Source: an uncultured Bacilli bacterium (lineage in GTDB: Bacteria; Bacillota_I; Bacilli_A; RF39; UBA660). From it: a stretch of DNA of 64,000 nt. Both the position numbers and the translations under genes were made by a program. The notes beneath the pieces were generated by a model that saw only the letters and a list, made by a program, of their open reading frames with translations, was not told where the DNA came from and searched no databases. The stretch lies in the NCBI GenBank assembly GCA_947629375.1, contig CANRDN010000008.1, forward strand, positions 1,389 to 65,388. The letters run 5' to 3'. Shown in pieces: positions 1 to 7,427 of this stretch (its first letter is position 1; every line of letters begins with the position of its first letter).

Positions 1-98
1 AAGAATATCATAAATACGAAAATAGATTTAAATGGTGTGAGCAAGATTATATAGATACAATATTAGAAATTGAAAAAATGTTAAAAGAGGGAGAATAA
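1..98 (+). CDS. 3' end of a phage early-region hypothetical protein (partial, begins upstream of the window)
   Basis: Frame 3 is open from the window edge to TAA at 96-98 (...KWCEQDYIDTILEIEKMLKEGE*). The next gene's ATG follows at 100. Confidence 0.4.
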   Translation, partial: EYHKYENRFKWCEQDYIDTILEIEKMLKEGE

Positions 99-99
99 A

Positions 100-513
100 A
101 TGAAAATAGAAAAAGAAGTTTATATTGGAAATGTATATTATACTGAATGTCTTGATAAAAAATATCATTTAAATTTTAACTGTATAGTTTACAATTGTTT
201 AAATGAAAAAGAAAAGGAAACATTTAATAAATTACAAGAAAAAACAAAAATAAAACTAACTTTAGAAGCAGAAGATCCAATACTTGTACTTGATGATGCC
301 GAAAGAAAATATTTAAGTGATGTTATTAGACCTTTTAAAGATAAAGTTGCTTTTATTAAAAAATTGTGTTGTTGGGGTAATTTTGATTATGAATACATAA
401 GAATTTATTTTAGAGGAGACGATAGTATGCTTTTTCCAGCCTTTAAAAAAAACACTATGTACAAAAGAATGAAATTAAATAAAGGATACACTCTTAAGGA
501 ATTGGGATTATGA
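100..513 (+). CDS. phage hypothetical protein
   Basis: 137-aa ORF with GAGGGAG RBS upstream, tightly packed with co-oriented phage genes. No recognisable motif. Confidence 0.6.
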   Translation: MKIEKEVYIGNVYYTECLDKKYHLNFNCIVYNCLNEKEKETFNKLQEKTKIKLTLEAEDPILVLDDAERKYLSDVIRPFKDKVAFIKKLCCWGNFDYEYIRIYFRGDDSMLFPAFKKNTMYKRMKLNKGYTLKELGL

Positions 514-668
514 AAAAAATTAATATAGTTTTTAATTATATATGTAAAATTTTAATACCAGCATTTGGTTTAATGTGTTTATTGTTTGCAGGTAATACAA
601 TAACATTTATTCTTGGATTAGCAATTACAATATTATCATTTTATTTGTATTGTAAGGAGGCAAAATAA
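510..668 (+). CDS. small two-TM membrane protein (52 aa), not in the supplied ORF track
   Basis: ATG overlaps the previous stop (ATGA). Own translation is MKKINIVFNYICKILIPAFGLMCLLFAGNTITFILGLAITILSFYLYCKEAK*. It exactly fills the gap to the next ATG at 671. Confidence 0.4.
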   Translation: MKKINIVFNYICKILIPAFGLMCLLFAGNTITFILGLAITILSFYLYCKEAK

Positions 669-670
669 AT

Positions 671-901
671 ATGTTAAAGATAAAAGATAATGTTGATTTA
701 AAAGAATTAGAAAAGTTTGGATTTAAACTAAATTCAGATAAATCGTATTTATTAACAATTGAGAAAGATAATATAAATACAATAATTGCTATTGAAGAAG
801 AAAGAACACTTTATGTTCAAAGTAATAGATATCATATTGAAGAATTAGATATTTTATATGATTTAATAAAGGCTGGTTTAGTTGAGAAAGTGAGTGATTA
901 A
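671..901 (+). CDS. phage hypothetical protein
   Basis: 76-aa ORF with AGGAGG RBS at 656-661, abutting the next gene. Confidence 0.6.
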   Translation: MLKIKDNVDLKELEKFGFKLNSDKSYLLTIEKDNINTIIAIEEERTLYVQSNRYHIEELDILYDLIKAGLVEKVSD

Positions 902-1123
902 ATGCCAAGATTTTATGTAAAAAACAAACAAAATAAATGGAATATTTTTAGCACTATTATAGATAATTTTTTATATGATGAATTTATGGAATTTGATGAT
1001 TTAGTCAACAAAGTGTGCAAAGAAATAGTAGAAGACAAAAAGAAAGAACTGAAAACATTACTTACTAATGCTCCTGTTGTAAATGTAATGAGTTATGAAA
1101 AAGCTATAGAAAGGAAAAGATAA
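902..1123 (+). CDS. phage hypothetical protein
   Basis: 73-aa ORF whose start abuts the previous stop (TAAATG). Confidence 0.55.
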   Translation: MPRFYVKNKQNKWNIFSTIIDNFLYDEFMEFDDLVNKVCKEIVEDKKKELKTLLTNAPVVNVMSYEKAIERKR

Positions 1124-1124
1124 T

Positions 1125-2009
1125 ATGGAAAAACAAATGATTTTTAAAACACTCTCCGAATATAAGAAAATATTAGAAGATAAAGGATATGATGTAATCT
1201 ATATTGGATTATATGGTAGTCAAAATTATAATTTAGATGATGAAGAAAGTGATATAGATGTTAAAGCAATTGTACTCCCTAGTTTAAGTGATGTTATATT
1301 TAGACGAGTAACAAGTATAACTATTGAATGTAAAAATGGAAACATTGATGTAAAAGATTTATTGACTTTCTATGATGTTATTAAAAAAGGTAACTTCAGT
1401 TATATTGAAAGTATAGATACTGAATACTACATAGGTGATAAATATATAAAAGAACTGTTTAAATCATTTAGACCAAATGTAAAAAGCATATTAGATGCTA
1501 TGTATGAGAAAAGAAAAGCACTCACACACGAATATCCTAGTAAACATAAAGAGTTTGAAAAATGGGGATATGACCCTAAACAGCATCATCACATTTTGAG
1601 ATTGTATGATTTAATAAATCACAACCTACTATATAATGAAGAAAAAAGTTATTTAACTTACGATGATTTAGATATTAGAAGAAGAGAGTTAATGGACTTT
1701 AAAAGAAACAAAAACAATATATCATTAAGCATAGTTGAAGAAGATAGTGACTTAATAATTGAAAGAGCAAGAAATCTGATTGACTATAACTATTCATACA
1801 CTTATAAAGACATCGATAAAGAAATAAATGACTATATCGAAAAAAATCTAAAAAAAGAACTTATAAAAAGTGACATAATGTCTGCAAGAGAAGTACGAAC
1901 ATTTGATAATGGTATACCAAAGAAAGATTTAGAAAAATTCCCAATATTAGAACAATACAAGGGTCAAGATATTTCATATATAGTTTATGAAAGTATCGAA
2001 ATATTATAG
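1125..2009 (+). CDS. predicted nucleotidyltransferase (RlaP / Nuc-transf family-like)
   Basis: N-terminal minimal NTase signature YGSQNYNLDDEESDIDVKAIV (GS...D.D), followed by a helical region with the YDPKQHHHILRLYDL motif typical of the RlaP-type family. Confidence 0.6.
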   Translation: MEKQMIFKTLSEYKKILEDKGYDVIYIGLYGSQNYNLDDEESDIDVKAIVLPSLSDVIFRRVTSITIECKNGNIDVKDLLTFYDVIKKGNFSYIESIDTEYYIGDKYIKELFKSFRPNVKSILDAMYEKRKALTHEYPSKHKEFEKWGYDPKQHHHILRLYDLINHNLLYNEEKSYLTYDDLDIRRRELMDFKRNKNNISLSIVEEDSDLIIERARNLIDYNYSYTYKDIDKEINDYIEKNLKKELIKSDIMSAREVRTFDNGIPKKDLEKFPILEQYKGQDISYIVYESIEIL

Positions 2010-2024
2010 TTGGGGGGTAAGCAA

Positions 2025-2231
2025 GTGATAACAATTAAAACAGTCGGTGAAAATAAGGCTGAAATAAATATAAAAAAGGGTACACCACATACAACTATAA
2101 TTTTGGGGATTGAAATGTTAGTAGAAGCTTTAATAGAAATGGATGAAAATTCTAATATAACAATAGATTTACTTTTAGAAGATATAAAAAGAATTTACGA
2201 AAGAGATAATAAGGGCAATGTAGCAGGATAG
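2025..2231 (+). CDS. phage hypothetical protein
   Basis: The track ORF begins at TTG 2010. GTG at 2025 lies 6 nt after a GGGGGT RBS and is the more likely start. Confidence 0.45.
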   Translation: MITIKTVGENKAEINIKKGTPHTTIILGIEMLVEALIEMDENSNITIDLLLEDIKRIYERDNKGNVAG

Positions 2232-2247
2232 AGAATAAGGAGGATAT

Positions 2248-2667
2248 ATGGATTTAAAAACGGCAAATAAGGAACTTGAACAATTAGACAACGAATACGA
2301 ATATTGGTTATCTCAAAAGGAAATTGCTAAAAATATGGTAATTCCAAAGTCTGCTGATATTCAATTTGAACGAGTAGACGGAGGAAAAAGAGAAGATAGG
2401 TTACTAAGGTACATAGAATTACTTGATGACAAAAAAATTGATGAGACTTTAGATTATATTTTCAAGAGAAAACAGAATTTAATGAATTGGATTGATAATG
2501 AATTAAAGATTCTTAAAAAATATAAACAAACTGAACAGCTTATTGTCTTTTATAAAGAACAAGATCCAAGAAATCTATCCTGGTATAGTATTAGCAAATT
2601 AGTTAATTACTCTAAGGATTATTGCCGAAAAATCTATGCTAGGTACAAAAAAAGCAGGAATGTTTAA
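2248..2667 (+). CDS. putative phage late-gene transcriptional regulator (ArpU/RinA-like)
   Basis: 139 aa with AAGGAGG RBS, positioned directly upstream of the HNH/terminase packaging module. The C-terminal SWYSISKLVNYSKDYCRKIYARYKK resembles a sigma region-4-like HTH. Confidence 0.45.
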   Translation: MDLKTANKELEQLDNEYEYWLSQKEIAKNMVIPKSADIQFERVDGGKREDRLLRYIELLDDKKIDETLDYIFKRKQNLMNWIDNELKILKKYKQTEQLIVFYKEQDPRNLSWYSISKLVNYSKDYCRKIYARYKKSRNV

Positions 2668-2820
2668 AAAAAGACCACTTATGACCACTTTAAATGTGAT
2701 ATATTGATATTGTGAGAAATTAAAAAAACTCACGATATTAGATGTCATCAAAAACCCCTGTATTTTTTAAATACTGAAGAGTCAGCAGAAATGTTGGCTT
2801 TTTTCGTTGGAGAAAAGAAT

Positions 2821-3141
2821 ATGAAAGAACCACTCATAACAATGTTAGAAATCTATAAGCCTTTGGAACAAGGCAGGGATTGGATGAACTATAAGATAGT
2901 TAATCCAGCAGATTTGACTTTTCATCATATTAAAGAGAAAAGGAATGGTGGCGCAAGAGTTTTAAACAATGGTGCAATCTTAATCAGAAGAAGCCACGAT
3001 TATTTAAATTATCTGGATTATTGTTATCACAGGTATTATAAAGACTTAAACGAGTTGTTTCATATCTTAAATATGACAATGGCACCTCCAACAGAAGATT
3101 ATTATGAAGAAGTAGATTACATATTGAGGAAGATAAAATGA
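2821..3141 (+). CDS. HNH endonuclease (packaging-associated)
   Basis: LTFHHIKEKRNGGARVLNNGAILIRRSHDYLN matches the H-N-H pattern. ATG 2821 follows a GGAGAAAAG RBS, whereas the track start 2791 has none. Confidence 0.7.
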   Translation: MKEPLITMLEIYKPLEQGRDWMNYKIVNPADLTFHHIKEKRNGGARVLNNGAILIRRSHDYLNYLDYCYHRYYKDLNELFHILNMTMAPPTEDYYEEVDYILRKIK

Positions 3142-3323
3142 AGAAAAAGAATAAAAAGGAATCATACGATAAATTTATTTTTTTTGATTCAAAGTATTGT
3201 TTTAACAAAAAATGCAATGGTTGCAAAAGAAGCAGGGAGTGTGAAGCGTATGAAGATAGGATTGAACGAAATAGCGCTAGTAACAATATTGTTAATATTG
3301 ACAGTAACGCTGATAAAAAGTAA
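3138..3323 (+). CDS. small Cys-rich phage protein
   Basis: 61-aa ORF overlapping the HNH stop (ATGA). Contains a CFNKKCNGCKRSREC cysteine cluster. Confidence 0.45.
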   Translation: MKKKNKKESYDKFIFFDSKYCFNKKCNGCKRSRECEAYEDRIERNSASNNIVNIDSNADKK

Positions 3324-3363
3324 GAATAAGTAAATTAAAAAATTTTATAGCAGGTAAATACAT

Positions 3364-4413
3364 ATGAACATAATAGAAAAGAGTATAAATGAAGTTAAAC
3401 CTTATAAAAACAATCCAAGAAAAAATGATGAGGCAGTAGAGTATGTAGCAAATTCAATTAAAGAATTTGGATTCAAAGTACCGATAATTATTGACAAAAA
3501 CAATATTATAGTTGCAGGACACACAAGATATAAAGCATCTAAAAGGTTAGGGTTGCAAAAAGTACCTTGTATTATAGCTGATGACCTAAATGATGAGCAA
3601 ATAAAGGCCTTTAGGCTTGCAGATAATAAAGTTAGTGAGAAATCGGAATGGGATGATTCACTGTTAGATGAAGAACTAAGTAATATATTTGATATAGATA
3701 TGAAACTATTTGATTTTGACATATTTAATGGTGAACAGGAAGAAGTAGCAGAGTATAAATCAAATGAAAGAGAAAGAACTAATAATGCTTATAATTTAGA
3801 ATTATATGATGATACACGAGTAGATGGATTCTACCAAATGCCAATAATCAAAAATGATAACTTTATACCTGATAGATTAATAGGATTTAATTATATGTTA
3901 AATAGTAAAAGCACAAAAGCAGGTATTCATTGTTTTGTTGATGATTATCAATTTGAAAGATTATGGAATGATCCCTATAAGTATATAGATGATATATCAC
4001 ATTATGAATGTATATTAAGTCCTGATTTTAGTTTATATATGGATATGCCTATGTCTATGAAAATATGGAATGTATATAGAAGTAGAATGATAGGACAATT
4101 CTTACAAGATAATGGAATAAAGGTAATTCCTACATTAAGTTGGGCCGAGAAAGAAACATTTGAATTTTGTTTTGACGGAATACCAAAAGGAAGTATCGTG
4201 GCTATTTCTACTATAGGAGTTAAGCAGAGTAAAGATGCTTTAAAAATATGGAAAAATGGAGTAGATGAGTTGATTAAAAGAATAGAACCATCTACTATTC
4301 TTGTCTATGGTGGCAAAATAGATTATGACTATGGAAACATAGATGTAAGATATTACGATAATGAAGTCACTGAAAGAATGAAAAACTTGAAAAATCAGGA
4401 AGAAGTGATATAA
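3364..4413 (+). CDS. ParB-like nuclease domain protein with DUF4417-like C-terminal domain
   Basis: The N-terminus KPYKNNPRKNDEAVEYVANSIKEFGFKVPIIID..IVAGHTRYKASKRLG is the ParB/Srx nuclease fold signature. The C-terminal ~200 aa (GIHCFVDDYQFERLWNDP...LSPDFSLY) resembles DUF4417, which is common in phages. Confidence 0.7.
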   Translation: MNIIEKSINEVKPYKNNPRKNDEAVEYVANSIKEFGFKVPIIIDKNNIIVAGHTRYKASKRLGLQKVPCIIADDLNDEQIKAFRLADNKVSEKSEWDDSLLDEELSNIFDIDMKLFDFDIFNGEQEEVAEYKSNERERTNNAYNLELYDDTRVDGFYQMPIIKNDNFIPDRLIGFNYMLNSKSTKAGIHCFVDDYQFERLWNDPYKYIDDISHYECILSPDFSLYMDMPMSMKIWNVYRSRMIGQFLQDNGIKVIPTLSWAEKETFEFCFDGIPKGSIVAISTIGVKQSKDALKIWKNGVDELIKRIEPSTILVYGGKIDYDYGNIDVRYYDNEVTERMKNLKNQEEVI

Positions 4414-4414
4414 T

Positions 4415-4843
4415 ATGGGTGGAAGAGGAGCAAGTAGTAGTTTAAAAACAATTATAAAGAAACCTAAAGAATATAAAACTATGGGGAATTTAGATATTAA
4501 TATGATTGGTAAATACAAAGATATAATATCAACAAATGAAATAGTATTAACGAATGAACGCTCAGTCCATATTTATAAAGACCATCCAAAAGATTATGAT
4601 AAAATAATAAGAGGTATAAAACCAACATTAAATAATCCAAATTTTGTATTAGTAGATTCTAAAAAGGAGGACACTTTATTATTTATACGAAAATTAAAAG
4701 AAGATAATCAAAATGTTGTTGTAAAACTTAATACAACTAATGATGAAAAACATCCAAAAAATTCTATTATGACAAGTTGGATAATAAATGATAAAAATTT
4801 AAAAAGACTATTAAAGAAAAACAAAGCATTGTATGAAAAATAA
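4415..4843 (+). CDS. BECR-fold (PBECR-like) putative RNase/toxin-domain protein with MGGRGASS N-terminus
   Basis: The pattern IVLTNERSVHIYKDHPKDYDKII..LNNPNFVLVD.KKEDTLLF..K...NVVVKL....KNSIMTSW fits the phage Barnase-EndoU-ColicinE5/D-RelE-like nuclease families from memory. No HMM was run. Confidence 0.55.
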   Translation: MGGRGASSSLKTIIKKPKEYKTMGNLDINMIGKYKDIISTNEIVLTNERSVHIYKDHPKDYDKIIRGIKPTLNNPNFVLVDSKKEDTLLFIRKLKEDNQNVVVKLNTTNDEKHPKNSIMTSWIINDKNLKRLLKKNKALYEK

Positions 4844-4938
4844 AAAAGCTCGAGGTAGAGATTTAGTGATTCTATACACCTATAAGGTCAAAAGAGATGA
4901 GGGAACTGTCACACCCTCCGAGCTTAACTAATTATATC

Positions 4939-4963
4939 AAGACACGATTAAGTGTCTTTTTTT
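4939..4963 (+). terminator. rho-independent terminator
   Basis: AAGACAC-GATTAA-GTGTCTT stem-loop followed by a T7 run. Confidence 0.6.
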
Positions 4964-4989
4964 ATGCAACAAAAAAGGAGGAATTAAAT

Positions 4990-5457
4990 ATGGGAGGAAG
5001 AGGGGCAAACAGCTCAATAAGGAAAAAAGGGAATTTAGGTGATGGTTTAACAACTGATGTACCATTTTATCAAGTAGGAACTAATCGTTTTTTTGCTGGT
5101 GATGTTTTTACTTCTAATTTCAACGAGGGTGGAGATGAAAGAGATTGGAATAAATATTATGTCACAGGTGTATCAAAAAATGGAATAGAAGTAAAATTAC
5201 AAGACACCGGTTCTATGAGTAGAAGAAATCAAATCGGAACTTTTATGAATATGGATTCATCCTCACGCGCTTTACAAAAAGCAACAATAACTGAACAAAG
5301 TAGCGTTTCAAGACAGGCATATGCTCGAGCAAGAAATGATGAAAGAAGAAAATTAATTAAAATATTAAACGAAAATAATATTAAATATAGAGGAACTGAT
5401 TTGGATTATTTAAGAAGTGTAGTAAGTCAAAATCAAAAAGCTGGTTTAATTAAGTAG
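4990..5457 (+). CDS. phage hypothetical protein with MGGRGANSS N-terminus
   Basis: ATG 4990 follows an AAGGAGG RBS. The track start 4897 lies inside the upstream terminator region. The N-terminus is paralogous to that of 4415..4843. Confidence 0.55.
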   Translation: MGGRGANSSIRKKGNLGDGLTTDVPFYQVGTNRFFAGDVFTSNFNEGGDERDWNKYYVTGVSKNGIEVKLQDTGSMSRRNQIGTFMNMDSSSRALQKATITEQSSVSRQAYARARNDERRKLIKILNENNIKYRGTDLDYLRSVVSQNQKAGLIK

Positions 5458-5468
5458 GAGTTGATTAG

Positions 5469-5843
5469 ATGGCTAATGAAAAAAATTTGCAACCTATTAA
5501 AACCCTAACCAAAGAAGAAGCAAAGAAAAGGGGGTCTAATGGTGGTAAAGCTAGTGTTGAATCAAGAAGAAAAAGAAAAGCTATGAGAGAGCAACTGGAA
5601 TCTTTATTAAATATGCCAGTTAAGAATACAAAATTAAAAGCTCAAATATCTAGTCAATTAGGAATAAAAAGTGGAGATATTGATAATCAAATGGCAATAA
5701 CAGTTGCTTTATATCAAAAAGCATTACGAGGTGACACCAAGGCTTATGAATTAATAAGAGATACAATCGGTGAAAAACCAATAGAGCAAGTACAAAATAT
5801 TAATCCACCTATAATTAACATCGAAAGACCAAAAGATGATTAA
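5469..5843 (+). CDS. terminase small subunit
   Basis: 124 aa directly upstream of and overlapping TerL. The basic N-terminus KRGSNGGKASVESRRKRKAMRE is typical of Firmicutes phage TerS proteins. Confidence 0.7.
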   Translation: MANEKNLQPIKTLTKEEAKKRGSNGGKASVESRRKRKAMREQLESLLNMPVKNTKLKAQISSQLGIKSGDIDNQMAITVALYQKALRGDTKAYELIRDTIGEKPIEQVQNINPPIINIERPKDD

Positions 5844-7110
5844 TCCGTATGATTTAATAGCTAAGCATTTCTATGATTTATTAGATGATGCTTTAGACTG
5901 CAAACACACACATTATTGGTTAAAAGGTGGCCGTGGAAGTACAAAGTCAAGCTTTATTGGTATAGTAATTCCATTAATGATGATGATAGATGCTCAAAAT
6001 GGAATCCATTCTAATGCAGTAGCTATGAGAAAAGTTGGTGACACATTAGCTGACAGTGTTTATGCTCAGTTAATTTGGGGAATAGAGATGTTGGATGTAT
6101 CAGACTTTTGGGATATAAAAGTAAGCCCATTAAAATTAACATACAAGCCAACAGGACAAACAATATTATTTCGTTCTTGCAATAATAAGGATGATTATAA
6201 AAAACTAAAATCAACTAAATTTAAAAAAGGATTTTGCAAGTATTTATGGTTTGAGGAACTTGATGAGTTCTTTGGAATGGAAGAAATAAGAAGTATAATT
6301 CAATCATTATTTCGTGGTGGTAAAGATTATGAGGCTTTTTATTCATACAACCCACCAAAAATGTTGCAATCCTGGGTAAATGCTGAAGTTATAAATGATA
6401 GGCCAGATAGATTAGTTCATTCTAGTACTTATCTGGATGTTCCTGCTGAATGGTTAGGTGAAGAGTTCATTCAAGAAGCAGAACATTTAAAAAAGACTAA
6501 TGAATTAGCATATAGAAATGAATATTTAGGTGAAGCAACTGGAACTGGTGGAAAGATATTTAATAATATTACTCTTAGAGAGATAACAGATGAAGAAATA
6601 AGCCATTTTGATAATATATTGGATGGTAACGATTTTGGTTATGCAGTAGATCCTGACTGCTATTTGCAAATGAACTATGAAAAGACACATAAGCGTCTTT
6701 TTATTTTTAGTGAAATATACAAGGTAGGCATTAGCAATAAAAAGTTATCTATTGAGATTAAGAAAACAAAAATAAGTAAAAGTTTTATAACCTGTGATAG
6801 TGCAGAGCCAAAAAGTATAGCAGAATTACAAAGTTATGGATTAAGAGTTAAAGGTGCAAAAAAAGGACCAGATAGTGTCGAATATGGGATTAAGTTTTTA
6901 CAAGAGTTAGAAGAAATAGTTATAGACCCTAAAAGATGTCCTAACACAGCAAGGGAATTTGATTTATACGAATATGAAAAAGATAAGTTTGGTAATTTTA
7001 AAAGTTCATATCCTGATTTCAATAATCACTCAATAGATAGTGCAAGATATGGATTAGAAGATTACACAATAAGAAGAAATTGGGAAATTAGCAATAGGAG
7101 AGTTATATAA
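5836..7110 (+). CDS. terminase large subunit (PBSX/SPP1-like)
   Basis: Walker A WLKGGRGSTKSSF, a Walker B-like LWFEELDEF, and a C-terminal nuclease region ending NHSIDSARY. Confidence 0.9.
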   Translation: MINPYDLIAKHFYDLLDDALDCKHTHYWLKGGRGSTKSSFIGIVIPLMMMIDAQNGIHSNAVAMRKVGDTLADSVYAQLIWGIEMLDVSDFWDIKVSPLKLTYKPTGQTILFRSCNNKDDYKKLKSTKFKKGFCKYLWFEELDEFFGMEEIRSIIQSLFRGGKDYEAFYSYNPPKMLQSWVNAEVINDRPDRLVHSSTYLDVPAEWLGEEFIQEAEHLKKTNELAYRNEYLGEATGTGGKIFNNITLREITDEEISHFDNILDGNDFGYAVDPDCYLQMNYEKTHKRLFIFSEIYKVGISNKKLSIEIKKTKISKSFITCDSAEPKSIAELQSYGLRVKGAKKGPDSVEYGIKFLQELEEIVIDPKRCPNTAREFDLYEYEKDKFGNFKSSYPDFNNHSIDSARYGLEDYTIRRNWEISNRRVI

Positions 7111-7427
7111 TGAAAAGTTTTATATTAATAACCGACAACAGTGAGAAATATATAAAAGATGTTTTATACAGTCTATTACCATTAAAAGAAGACGAGGAAC
7201 TAATTATATTTGATAATTTGTCAAATGATAATACGGTTCCTTTTATTGTGGAAAAAATGGGTATTTTATGGATTGATAACAGACATAAATTTTATATAAA
7301 CACGAAAAAAGAAGAATACGAAACCATAAAGAATAAAGCCTTATCAATTGCAAAAGGAAAACCAATAATAATAATAACTCAAAAAGAAAAGTTTGATGTG
7401 GAGGAGGTACTAAAATGTTACGAATAA
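7110..7427 (+). CDS. small protein resembling the N-terminal ~100 aa of a family-2 glycosyltransferase
   Basis: FILITDNSEKYIKDVLYSLL....EELIIFDNLSNDNTVPFI resembles the GT2 N-terminal Rossmann segment. It overlaps the TerL stop and the portal start. Confidence 0.4.
   Translation: MKSFILITDNSEKYIKDVLYSLLPLKEDEELIIFDNLSNDNTVPFIVEKMGILWIDNRHKFYINTKKEEYETIKNKALSIAKGKPIIIITQKEKFDVEEVLKCYE

Noticed and set aside
4848-4925. Possible tRNA, suggested by a ~76-nt segment closed by a terminal helix
   Set aside because: The closing helix has a bulge. There is no GTTCRANYC T-loop and no D-arm consensus. The internal hairpin has a 10-nt loop. It does not fit a cloverleaf.
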